From Antedon mediterranea (Eukaryota > Animalia > Echinodermata): DNA of 64,000 nucleotides. Position numbers and translations under genes: made by a program. Below, piece after piece: positions 24,271 to 36,700 of the stretch. Every line of letters starts with the position of its first letter. Position 1 is the first letter of the stretch. Below the pieces are notes generated by a model. It had not been told where the DNA came from, did not search any database, and saw nothing but the letters and a program-made list of their open reading frames with translations. The stretch covers positions 22,151,317 to 22,215,316 of the forward strand of contig NC_092671.1 of assembly GCF_964355755.1 (NCBI RefSeq), given 5' to 3'.

Positions 24271-27200
24271 ACTCAAAACTGAGCATTACCCGTTACGCCA
24301 CAAACCAGTAGATGACTGAAGAGCTGATAATAGTCTATTTATATGAAATGAATGATCAATCAATGAAAAATAATGCCATGCAACTTTGTTTCTGATTTAA
24401 AAAAAGGTTCACTTGTTTAGGCCTGACATTTACAACCCTAAAAATATCTCACTTTCAAAAACAATATTTATTTTCAATTTAAAAAAAAAATCCCTAGAGG
24501 TTCGAACCCACTACTGAGACAACTCAAACCTGAGCATTATCCGTTACGCCACCAACCAGTAGGTGACTGAGGAGCTGATAATAGTCTATTTATATGAAAT
24601 GAATGATCAATCAATGAAAAATAATGCCATGCAACTTTGTTTCTGATTTTAAAAAAGGTTCACTTGTTTTGGCCTGACATTTACAACCCTCAAAATATCT
24701 CACTTTCAAAAACAATATTTTTTCAATTAAAAAAAAAAAGAAATAAAATATCAGTAGAGGTTCGAACCCACTAGTGAGAGCACTGAAACTTGAGCATTAC
24801 CCGCTACGCCACAAACCAGTAGATGACTGAAGAGCTGATAATACTCTATTTATATGAAATAAATAATAAATCAATGAAAAATAATGCCATGCAACTTTGT
24901 TTCTGATTTAAAAAAAGGTTCATTTGTTCTATTTATATGAAATGAATGATCAGTCAATGAAAAATAATGCCATGCAACTTTGTTTCTGATTTTAAAAAAG
25001 ATCCATTTGTTTAGGCCTGACATTCACAACCCTAAAAAATATCTCATTTTCCCAAATCATATTTATTTTCAATAAGAAAAAAAAAGCAATATCCCTAGAG
25101 GTTAGAATTCGCTACTGAGAGCACTCAAACCTGGGTATTACCCATTACGCCACAAACCAGTAGATAAGTAAAGAGCTGATAATAGTCTATTTATATGAAA
25201 TTAATGATCAATCAATGAAAAATAATGCCATGCAACTTTGTTTCTGATTTTAAAAAAGGTTCATTTGTTTAGGCCTGACATTTACAACCCTCAAAATATC
25301 TCACTTTAAAAAAAAATATTTATTTTCAATAAAAAAAAAAGAAAAGAAATATCCCTAGAGGTTCGAACCCACTACTGCGAGCACTCAAACTTGAGCATTA
25401 CCCGTTACGCCTCAAACCAGTAGATGACTGAAGAGCTGATAATACTTTATTTATATGAAATGAATAATAAATCAATGAAAAATAATGCCATGCAACTTTG
25501 TTTCTGATTTTAAAAAAGGTTCACTTGTTTAGGCCGGACATTTACAACCCTCAAAATATCTCACCTTCAAAAACAATATTTATTTTCAAACAAAAAAAAA
25601 AGAAAAAAAATATCCCTAGAAGTTCGAACGCACTATTGAAATCAATCAAACCTGAGCATTACCCGTTACGCCGCAAACCAGTATATGACTGAAGAGCTGA
25701 TAATAGTCTATTTATATGAAATGGATGATCAATCAATGACAAATAATGCCATGCAACTTTGTTTCTGATTTTAAAAAAGGTTCACTTGTTTAGGCTTGAC
25801 AGTTGCAACCCTCAAAATATCTCACTTTCAAAAACAATATTTATTTTCAATTTAAAAAAAAATTAAAAAAAATACCCGTATAGGTTCGAACCCACTACTG
25901 AGAGCACTCAAACCTGAGCATTACCCGTTACGCCACAAACCAGTAGATGACTGAGGAGCTGATAATAGTCTATATATATGAAATGAATGATCAATCAATG
26001 AAAAATAATGCCATGCAACTTTGTTTCTGATTGAATAAAATGTTCACTTGTTTAGGCCTGACATTTACAACCCTCAAAATATCTCACTTTCAAAAACAAT
26101 ATTTATTTTCAATTAAAAAAAAATATCCTTACAGGTTGGAACCCGCTACTGAGAGCACTCAATCCTGGGTATTACCCGTTACGCCACAAACCATTAGATA
26201 CCTGAAGAGCTGATAATAGTCTATTTATATGAAATTAATGATCAATCAATGAAAAATAATGCCATGCAACTTAGTCTCTGATTTTAAAAAAGGTTCACTT
26301 GTTTAGGCCTGACATTTACAACCCTCAAAATATCTCACTTTCAAAAATAATATTATTTTCAATAAAAAAAAAGAAACAAAATATCCGTAGAGGTTCGAAC
26401 CCACTAGTGAGAGCACTCAATCTTGAGCATTACCTGTTACGCCACAAACCAGCAGATGGCTGAAGAGCTGATAATACTCTATTTATATGAAATAAATAAT
26501 AAATAAATGAAAAATAATGTCATGCAACTTTGTTTCTGATTTTAAAAAAGGTTCATTTGTTTAGGCCTGACATTCACAACCCTAAAAAATATCTCACTTT
26601 CAAAAAAAATATTTATTTCCAATTAAAAAAAAAAGAAAAGAAATATCCCTAGAGGTTGGAACCCACTACTGCGAGCACTCAAACTTCAGCATTACCCGTT
26701 ACGCCTCAAACCAGTAGATGACTGAAGAGCTGATAATACTCTATTCATATGAAATGAATGATAAATCAATGAAAAATAATGCCATGCAACTTTTTTTCTG
26801 ATTTAAAAAAAGATTCACTTGTTGAGGCCTGACATTCACAACCCTAAAAAAAATCTCATTTTCAAAAAAAATATTTATTTTCAATAAGAAAAAAAAAGAA
26901 ATATCCCTAGAGGTTGGAACCCGCTACTGAGAGCACTCAAACCTGGGTATTACCCGTTACGCCACAAACCAGCAGATAACTGAAGAGCTGATAATAGTCG
27001 ATTTATATGAAATTAATGATCAATCAATGAAAAATAATGCCATGCAACTTTGTTTCTGATTTAAAAAAGGTTCATTTGTTTAGGCCTGACATTTACAACC
27101 CTCAAAATATCTCACTTTCAAAAAAAATATTTATTTTCAATTAAAAAAAAAAGAAATGAAATATCTCTAGAGGTTCGAACCCACTACTGCGAGCACTCAA

Positions 27201-29477
27201 ACTTGAGCATTACCCGTTACGCCTCAAACCAGTAGATGACTAAAGAGCTGATAATAATCTATTTATATGAAATGAATAATAAATCAATGAAAAATAATGC
27301 CATGCAACTTTGTTTCTGATTTTAAAAAAGTTCACTTGTTTAGGCCTGACATTTACAACCCTCAAACTATCTCACTTTCAAAAACAATATTATTTTCAAT
27401 TAAAAAAAAAGAAAAAAATATTCGTAGAGGTTCGAACCCACTACTGCGAGAACTCAAACCTGAGCACTACCGGTTACGCCACAAACCAGTAGATGACTGA
27501 AGAGCTGATAATAGTCTATTTATATGAAATTAATGATCAATCAATGAAAAATATTGCCATGCAACTTTGTTTCTGATTTTTAAAAAGATCCATTTGTTTA
27601 GGCCTGACATTCACAACCACAAAAAATATCTCATTTTCAAAAAAAATATTTATTTTAAATAATAAAAAAAAAGCATTATCCCTAGAGGTTGGAACCCACT
27701 ATTGAAATCACTCAAAACTGAGCATTACCCGTTACGCCGCAAACCAGTATATAACTGAGGAGCTGATAATAGTCTATTTATATGAAATGGATGATCAACC
27801 AATGAAAAATAATGCCATGCAACTTTGTTTCTGATTTTAAAAAAGGTCCACTTGTTTAGGCCTGACATTTACAACCCTCAAAATATCTCACTTTCAAAAA
27901 CAATATTTATTTTCAATTTAAAAAAAAAAAATCCCTGGAGGTTCGAACCCATTACTGAAAGCACTCAAACCTGAGCATTATCCGTTACGCCACAAACCAG
28001 TAGATGACTGCGGAGCTGATAATAGTCTATTTATATGAAATGAATGATCAATCAATGAAAAATAATGCCATGCAACTTTGTTTCTGATTTTAAAAAAGGT
28101 CCACTTGTTTAGGCCTGACATTTATAACCCTCAAAATATCTCACTTTCAAAAACAATATTTATTTTCAATTAAAAAAAAAGAAAAAAATATTCGTAGAGG
28201 TTCGAACACACTACTGCGAGAACTCAAACCTGAGCACTACCGGTTACGCCACACACCAGTAGATGACTGAAGAGCTGATAACAGTCTATTTATATGAAAT
28301 GAATGATCCATCAATGTAAAATGATGTTATGCCACTTTGTTTCTGATTTTAAAAAAAGGTCCACTTGGTTAGGCTTGACATTTAAAACCTTCAAAATATC
28401 TCACTTTCAAAAACCATATTTATTTTCAATTTAAAAAAAAAAGGAAAAAAATATCCCTTGAGGTTCGACCCACTACTCAGAGCACTCAAACCTGAGCATT
28501 ACCCGTTACGCCGCAAACCAGTATATGACTTAAGAGCTGATAATAGTCTATATATATGAAATTAATTATCAATCAATGAAAAATAATGCCATGCAACTTT
28601 GTTTCTGATTTTAAAAAAAGGTCAACTTGTTTAGGCCTGACATTTACAACCCTCAAAATATCTCACTTTCAAAAACAATATTTATTTTCAATTTAAAAAA
28701 AAAGAAAAAAAATACCCGTATAGGTTCGAACCCACTACTGAGAGCACTCAAACCTGAGCATTACCCGTTACGCCACAAACCAGTAGATGACTGAGGAGCT
28801 GATAATAGTCTATTTATATGAAATAAATGATCAATCAATGAAAAATAATGCCATGCAACTTTGTTTCTGATTTTAAAAAAGGTCCACTTGTTTAGGCCTG
28901 ACATTTACAACCCTCAAAATATCTCACTTTCAAAAACAGTATTTATTTTCAAATAAAAAAAAAAGAAAAAAAATACCCGTATAGGTTCGAACCCACTACT
29001 GAGAGCACTCAAACCTGAGCATTACCCGTTACGCCACAAACCAGTAGATGACTGAGGAGCTGATAATAGTCTATATATATAAAATAAATGATCAATCAAT
29101 GAAAAATAATGCCATGCAACTTTGTTTCTGATTTTAAAAAAGGTCCACTTGTTTAGGCCTGACATTTACAACCCTCAAAATATCTCACTTTCAAAAACCA
29201 TATTTATTTTCAATTTAAAAAAAAAAAGAAAAAAAATATCCCTAGAGGTTCGACCCACTACTCAGAGCACTCAAACCTGAGCATTACCCGTTACGCCACA
29301 AACCAGTAGATGACTGAAGAGCTGATAATAGTCTATTTATATGAAATGAATTATCAATCAATGAAAAATAATGCCATACAACTTTGTTTCTGATTTTAAC
29401 AAGCACGAATGTGCAATACTCGGGGTACAGCGAAAGAAGCTGTATACAGACGTATACAGTTAGAAAGTAAAGAAAAT

Positions 29478-29549
29478 AGGTTTCGCCAGGGCTCGAACCG
29501 GGACCTTCTGCGTGTTAAGCAGACTTGACAACCACTACACTACGAAACC
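29478..29549 (-). tRNA. tRNA-Val(AAC), slightly degenerate (possible pseudogene), inside the HINE
   Basis: GGTTTCGTAGTGTAGTGGTTGTCAAGTCTGCTTAACACGCAGAAGGTCCCGGTTCGAGCCCTGGCGAAACCT. Perfect acceptor stem GGTTTCG/CGAAACC and anticodon arm TCTGC-TTAACAC-GCAGA. Mismatches in the D and T stems. TTTT follows. Confidence 0.85.
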
Positions 29550-29760
29550 TCTTACATTAAAAATGTGGGTTACAGAAAGTTTTTTAATCCATTTAAATTA
29601 CAAATAAATGGTAATAAGCACAAAGCAAAATAAACATGTGTAAAAGTGATAATTACCGATTACACAAAATAAGTATTTTAAAAAATAATAAAAATAAGAT
29701 ATACTCTGTATAATTATCATATTGCGTATACAGTACTTTTCACCATAAAGTTTAAAAAAA

Positions 29761-29833
29761 AGGTTTCGTCCGGGCTCGAACCAGGTACCTTCTTCGTGTT
29801 AAGCCAACGTGATAACCACTACGCCAAGAATCC
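29761..29833 (-). pseudogene. tRNA-Val(AAC) pseudogene, second copy inside the HINE
   Basis: GGATTCTTGGCGTAGTGGTTATCACGTTGGCTTAACACGAAGAAGGTACCTGGTTCGAGCCCGGACGAAACCT followed by a T7 run. A- and B-boxes are intact, while the acceptor and anticodon stems are mismatched. Confidence 0.8.
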
Positions 29834-32107
29834 GCATATAACCATATAACTACATAACGCTGTGGTGTGTGTCACACATTGTGGCTTCTTAATTAAACAA
29901 ATTAATTAACAAAAAATTAAAAATCCGGCTCTATAGCTTTGAGGACATGTCCCTGTAGTATGTTCATGCCAAATCCCAGCTCAATACTATAACGAATAAG
30001 GGAGGAGTAGTACTTTAAAAATCGCACTTTTTACTCAATAGTGTCCAGATGGAGGAAGAGAAGGAGAAAATGAGTAAGTACTAGACTCGGGTACCCCGAG
30101 TAAAAAAGATCCATTTGTTTAGGCCTGACATTCACAACCCTAAAAAATATCTCATTTTCAAAAAAAATATTTATTTTCAATGAGAAAAAAGCAATATCCC
30201 TAGAGGTTGGAACCCGCTACTGAGAGCACTCAAACCTGGGTATTACCCGTTACGCCACAAACCAGTAGATAACTGAAGAGCTGATAATAGTCTATTTATA
30301 TGAAATGAATGATCAATCAATGAAAAATAATGCCATGCAACTTTGTTTCTGATTTTAAAAAAGGTTCACTTGTTTAGGCCTGACAGTTGCAACCCTCAAA
30401 ATATCTCACTTTCAAAAACAATATTTATTTTCAATTAAAAAAAAATATCCTTACAGGTTGGAACCCGCTACTGAGAGCACTCAAACCTGGGTATTACCCG
30501 TTACGCCACAAACCAGTAGATAACTGAAGAGCTGATAATAGTCTATTTATATGAAATTAATGATCAATCAATGAAAAATAATGCCATGCAACTTTGTTTC
30601 TGATTTTAAAAAAGGTTCACTTGTTTAGGCCTGACATTTACAACCCTCAAAATATCTCACTTTCAAAAACAATATTATTTTCAATTAAAAAAAAGAAAGA
30701 AACAAAATATCAGTAGAGGTTCGAACCCACTAGTGAGAGCACTCAAACTTGAGCATTACCCGTTACGCCACAAACCATTAGATGACTGAAGAGCTGATAA
30801 TACTCTATTTATATGAAATAAATAATAAATCAATGAAAAATAATGCCATGCAACTTTGTTTCTGATTTTAAAAAAGGTCCACTTGTTTAGGCCTGACATT
30901 TACAACCCTCAAAATATCTCACTTTCAAAAACCATATTTATTTTCAATTTTAAAAAAAAATGAAAAAAAATATCCCTAGAGGTTCGACCCACTACTCAGA
31001 GCATTCAAACCTGAGCGTTACCCGTTACGCCACAAACCAGTAGATGACTGAAGAGCTGATAATAGTCTATTTATATGAAATGAATTATCAATCAATAAAA
31101 AATAATGCCATGCAACTTTGTTTCTGATTTTAAAAAAGATCCATTTGTTTAGGCCTGACATTCACAACCCTAAAAAATATCTCACTTTCAAAAAAAATAT
31201 TTATTTTCAATTAAAAAAAAAGAAATGAAATATCTCTAGAGGTTCGAACCCACTACTGCGAGCACTCAAACTTGAGCATTACCCGTTACGCCTCAAACCA
31301 GAAGATGACTGAAGAGCTGATAATAATCTATTTATATGAAATGAATAATAAATAAATGAAAAATAATGCCATGCAACTTTGTTTCTGATTTTAAAAAAGT
31401 TCACTTGTTTAGGCCTGACATTTACAACCCTCAAACTATCTCACTTTCAAAAACAATATTATTTTCAATAAAAAAAAAAGAAAAAAAATATTCGTAGAGG
31501 TTCGAACCCACTACTGCGAGAACTCAAACCTGAGCACTACCGGTTACGCCACAAACCAGTAGATGACTGAAGAGCTGATAATAGTCTATTTATATGAAAT
31601 TAATGATCAATCAATGAAAAATAATGCCATGCAACTTTGTTTCTGATTTTTAAAAAGATCCATTTGTTTAGGCCTGACATTCACAACCCTAAAAAATATC
31701 TCATTTTCAAAAAAAATATTTATTTTAAATAATAAAAAAAAGCAATATCCCTAGAGGTTGGAACCCGCTACTGAGAGCACTCAAACCTGGGTATTACCCG
31801 TTACGCCACAAACCAGTAGATAACTGATGAGTTGATAATAGTCTATTTATATGAAATTAGTGATCAATCAATGAAAAATAATGCCATGCCACTTTGTTTC
31901 TGATTTTAAAAAAGGTTCATTTGTTTAGGCCTGACATTTACAACCCTCAAAATATCTCACTTTAAAAAAAAAAAATTATTTTCAATTTAAAAAAAAAGAA
32001 AAGAAATATCCCTAGGGGGTCGAACCCACTACTACGAACACTCAAACTTGAGCATTACCCGTTACGCCTCAAACCAGTAGATGACTGAAGAGCTGATAAT
32101 ACTCTAT

Positions 32108-33171
32108 GAGTTCGCTCTGATGAGTTCGCTCTACCCTGGGGTGTACCACAGGGATCCGTAAAAGGTCCACTCGATTTCATCTTATACACTGGACCACTCA
32201 GCAACATCATTGATTCCCACCCGGAAGTTCGTCATATGATCTATGCAGATGACACTCAACTATATTTAATCATGAAACCTACACATCACTCTGAATCTGT
32301 TAACAGCCTTGAATCATGCATTGCAGATGTTCGCTCATGGGCCATTCAAAATAAACTCATGCTCAACGACTCCAAGACTGAAATGATCCATTTTCATTCA
32401 AAGTTCCGTGAGGCATCATCATTTCCTTTGGTCCATATCGGAGATACTAGTGTCTCTACCTCCAGCTCAGCCAGAAATCTAGGCGTCCAACTAGACAACA
32501 GCCTCGGTTTAAAAGAACACATTCGTAATGTTTGCCGTGGTGCTTCCTTTGGAATTTACCAGATCGGCCAGATTCGTAAGTACCTTGACAAAACATCAAC
32601 TGAACGTCTTGTTCATGCTTTTGTTTCATCTCGTCTGGACTGTAATAACTCGCTTCTGTACGGCCTACCAACTTCTTATCTGTCTCCTCTTCAACGAATC
32701 CAAAATTCCGCCGCAAGACTTATCACTGGCACTAAACGACATGAACATATTTCTCCCGTTTTACGTGACTTACACTGGTTGCCTGTTGATCAGCGCATTC
32801 GTTTTAAAATCCTGTTGCTGACATATAAGGCCATCAACGGATGTGCTCCAGCCTACATATGTGACATCATTACTCCGTCAACCAACTCTTCGCTTCGTTC
32901 ATCCAGCAGACTTCTTCTAAAACCTGGACCCCGTTCCAGAACTCGGTTTTACGGTGATCGTGCTTTCGCTGTCGCAGCCCCAAAACTCTGGAACACTCTA
33001 CCACTCGAAATACGCTCATCAAAATCTGTTATCACATTTAAAACTAAACTCAAAACTCATCTCTTCAGAGAAGCATAATCGCACGCTACTACTTGCACTG
33101 ATCTTGGAAAACACAGCGCTTTGAAACCTTTGTCTCTTGCGCTTTATAAATGTTATTTATTATTATTATTA
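32108..33171 (+). mobile_element. 5'-truncated non-LTR retrotransposon (L2/CR1 group LINE)
   Basis: It interrupts a monomer at ACTCTAT^TTATATGAA. RT motifs are present, followed by a short 3' UTR with an AGCGC...GCGCT stem, TATAAAT and a (TTA)n tail. No TSD is evident. Confidence 0.93.
32110..33078 (+). CDS. C-terminal part of LINE ORF2 reverse transcriptase (truncated; the frame is open upstream of the ORF-track ATG at 32236)
   Basis: In-frame SDEFALPWGVPQGSVKGPLDFILY...MIYADDTQLY...LMLNDSKTE...ARNLGVQLD...SRLDCNNSLLYG...LQRIQNSAARL...LHWLPV...GDRAFAVAAPKLWNTLP...FKTKLKTHLF, typical of L2-type RT and C-terminal region. No stops or frameshifts. Confidence 0.9.
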   Translation, partial: VRSDEFALPWGVPQGSVKGPLDFILYTGPLSNIIDSHPEVRHMIYADDTQLYLIMKPTHHSESVNSLESCIADVRSWAIQNKLMLNDSKTEMIHFHSKFREASSFPLVHIGDTSVSTSSSARNLGVQLDNSLGLKEHIRNVCRGASFGIYQIGQIRKYLDKTSTERLVHAFVSSRLDCNNSLLYGLPTSYLSPLQRIQNSAARLITGTKRHEHISPVLRDLHWLPVDQRIRFKILLLTYKAINGCAPAYICDIITPSTNSSLRSSSRLLLKPGPRSRTRFYGDRAFAVAAPKLWNTLPLEIRSSKSVITFKTKLKTHLFREA

Positions 33172-33719
33172 TTATATGAAATTAATAATAAATCAATGAA
33201 AAATAATGCCATGCAACCTTGTTTCTGATTTTAAAAAAGGTTCACTTGTTTAGGCCTGACATTTACAACCCTCAAAATATTTCACTTTCAAAAACAATAT
33301 TTATTTTAAATTAAAAAAAAAAAAACCAAAATATCCGTAGCGGTTCGAACCCACTAGTGAGAGCACTCAAATTTGAGCATTACCCGTTACACCACAAACC
33401 AGTAGATGACTGAAGAGCTGATAATACTCTATTTATATGAAATAAATAATAAATCAATGAAAAATAATGCCATGCAACTTTGTTTCTGATTTTAAAAAAG
33501 GTCCACTTGTTTAGGCCTGACATTTACAACCCTCAAAATATCTCACTTTCAAAAACAATATTTATTTTCAATTTAAAAAAAAAAAATCCCTAGAGGTTCG
33601 AACCCACTACTGAAAGCACTCAAACCTGAGCATTATCCGTTACGCCACAAACCAGTAGATGACTGCGGAGCTGATAATAGTCTATTTATATGAAATGAAT
33701 GATCAATCAATGAAAAATA

Positions 33720-36700
33720 ATGCCATGCAACTTTGTTTCTGATTTTAAAAAAGGTCCACTTGTTTAGGCCTGACAGTTGCAACCCTCAAAATATCTCACT
33801 TTCAAAAACAATATTTATTTTCAATTAAAAAAAAAAAAAAAAAAATATCCCTAGAAGTTCGAACCCACTATTGAAATCACTCAAAACTGAGCATTACCCA
33901 TTACGCCTCAAACCAGTAGATGACTGAAGAGCTGATAATACTCTATTTATATGAAATGAATAATAAATCAATGAAAAATAATGCCATGCAACTTTGTTTC
34001 TGATTTTAAAAACGGTTCACTTGTTTAGGCCTGACATTTACAACCCTCAAAATATCTCACCTTCAAAAACAATATTTATTTTCAAATAAAAAAAAAAAGA
34101 AAAAAAATATCCCTAGAAGTTCGAACCCACTATTGAAATCACTCAAACCTGAGCATTACCCGTTCGCCGCAAACCAGTATAGGACTGAAGAGCTGATAAT
34201 AGTCTATTTATATGAAATGAATGATCAAACAATGAAAAATAATGCCATGCTGCAACTTTGTTTCTGATTTTAAAAAAGGTCCACTTGTTTAGGCCTGACA
34301 TTTACAACCCTCAAAATATCTCACTTTCAAAAACAATATTTATTTTCAATTAAAAAAAAGGAAAAAAATATTCGTAGAGGTTCGAACACACTACTGCGAG
34401 AACTCAAACCTGAGCACTACCGGTTACGCCACACACCAGTAGATGACTGAAGAGCTGATAACAGTCTATTTATATGAAATGAATGATCCATCAATGTAAA
34501 ATGATGTTATGCCACTTTGTTTCTGATTTTAAAAAAAGGTCCACTTGGTTAGGCTTGACATTTAAAACCCTCAAAATATCTCACTTTCAAAAACCATATT
34601 TATTTTCAATTTAAAAAAAAAAGAAAATAAATATCCCTTGAGGTTCGACCCACTACTCAGAGCACTCAAACCTGAGCATTACCCGTTACGCCGCAAACCA
34701 GTATATGACTTAAGAGCTGATAATAGTCTATATATATGAAATGAATTATCAATCAATGAAAAATAATGCCATGCAACTTTGTTTCTGATTTTAAAAAAAG
34801 GTCCACTTGTTTAGGCCTGACATTTACAACCCTCAAAATATCTCACTTTCAAAAACAATATTTATTTTCAATTTAAAAAAAAAAGAAAAAAAATACCCGT
34901 ATAGGTTCGAACCCACTACTGAGAGCACTCAAACCTGAGCATTACCCGTTACGCCACAAACCAGTAGATAACTGAAGAGCTGATAATAGTCTATTTATAT
35001 GAAATTAATGATCAATCAATGAAAAATAATGCCATGCAACTTTGTTTCTGATTTTAAAAAAGGTTCACTTGTTTAGGCCTGACATTTACAACCCTCAAAA
35101 TATCTCACTTTCAAAAACAATATTTATTTTCAAATAAAAAAAAAGAAAAAAAATACCCGTATAGGTTCGAACCCACTACTGAGAGCACTCAATCCTGAGC
35201 ATTACCCGTTACGCCACAAACCAGTAGATGACTGAGGAGCTGATAATAGTCTATATATATAAAATAAATGATCAATCAATGAAAAATAATGCCATGCAAC
35301 TTTGTTTCTGATTTTAAAAAAGGTCCACTTGTTTAGGCCTGACATTTACAACCCTCAAAATATCTCACTTTCAAAAACCATATTTATTTTAAATTTAAAA
35401 AAAAAAAGAAAAAAAATATCCCTAGAGGTTCGACCCACTACTCAGAGCATTCAAACCTGAGCGTTACCCGTTACGCCACAAACCAGTAGATGACTGAAGA
35501 GCTGATAATAGTCTATTTATATGAAATGAATTATCAATCAATAAAAAATAATGCCATGCAACTTTGTTTCTGATTTAAAAAAAGATCCATTTGTTTAGGC
35601 CTGACATTCACAACCCTAAAAAATATCTCACTTTCAAAAAAAATATTTATTTTCAATTAAAAAAAAAAGAAATGAAATATCTCTAGAGGTTCGAACCCAC
35701 TACTGCGAGCACTTAAACTTGAGCATTACCCGTTACGCCACAAACCAGTAAATGACTGAGGAGCTGATAATAGTCTATATATATAAAATAAATGATCAAT
35801 CAATGAAAAATAATGCCATGCAACTTTGTTTCTGATTTTAAAAAAGGTCCACTTGTTTAGGCCTGACATTTACAACCCTCAAAATATCTCACTTTCAAAA
35901 ACCATATTTATTTTCAATTTAAAAAAAAAAAAAGAAAAAAAATATCCCTAGAGGTTCGACCCACTACTCAGAGCATTCAAACCTGAGCGTTACCCGTTAC
36001 GCCACAAACCAGTAGATGACTGAAGAGCTGATAATAGTCTATTTATATTAAATGAATTATCAATCAATAAAAAATAATGCCATGCAACTTTGTTTCTGAT
36101 TTAAAAAAAGATCCATTTGTTTAGGCCTGACATTCACAACCCTAAAAAATATCTCACTTTCAAAAAAAATATTTATTTTCAATTAAAAAAAAAAGAAATG
36201 AAATATCTCTAGAGGTTCGAACCCACTACTGCGAGCACTCAAACTTGAGCATTACCCGTTACGCCTCAAACCAGAAGATGACTGAAGAGCTGATAATAAT
36301 CTATTTATATGAAATGAATAATAAATCAATGAAAAATAATGCCATGCAACTTTGTTTCTGATTTTAAAAAAGTTCACTTGTTTAGGCCTGACATTTACAA
36401 CACTCAAACTATCTCACTTTCAAAAACAATATTATTTTCAATAAAAAAAAAAGAAAAAAAATATTCGTAGAGGTTCGAACCCACTACTGCGAGAACTCAA
36501 ACCTGAGCACTACCGGTTACGCCACAAACCAGTAGATGACTGCGGAGCTGATAATAGTCTATTTATATGAAATGAATGATCAATCAATGAAAAATAATGC
36601 CATGCAACTTTGTTTCTAATTTTAAAAAAGGTCCACTTGTTTAGGCCTGACAGTTGCAACCCTCAAAATATCTCACTTTCAAAAACAATATTTATTTTCA

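Larger units (their letters stand above)
29398..30101 (-). mobile_element. Non-autonomous Helentron/DINE-1-like (HINE) rolling-circle element, ~700 bp
   Basis: It interrupts a monomer at TGATTTT^AAAAAAGATCC without a clear TSD. 12-bp subterminal inverted repeats TACTCGGGGTAC (29417-29428) and GTACCCCGAGTA (30091-30102). Terminal hairpin ACTCGGG-TAC-CCCGAGT (30085-30101). Small hairpin GCAC-GAAT-GTGC (29403-29414) outside the other subTIR. The terminus reads CTTGTT on the minus strand, as in DINE-1-type ends. Confidence 0.8.

Noticed and set aside
29398-30101. The insertion as a tRNA-derived SINE
   Set aside because: The tRNAs are internal rather than at the 5' end, there is no tail or TSD, and the ends show subTIR/hairpin architecture.
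32456-32821. ORFs of 86 aa (-) and 97 aa (+) overlapping the RT
   Set aside because: Shadow frames of the LINE ORF2.
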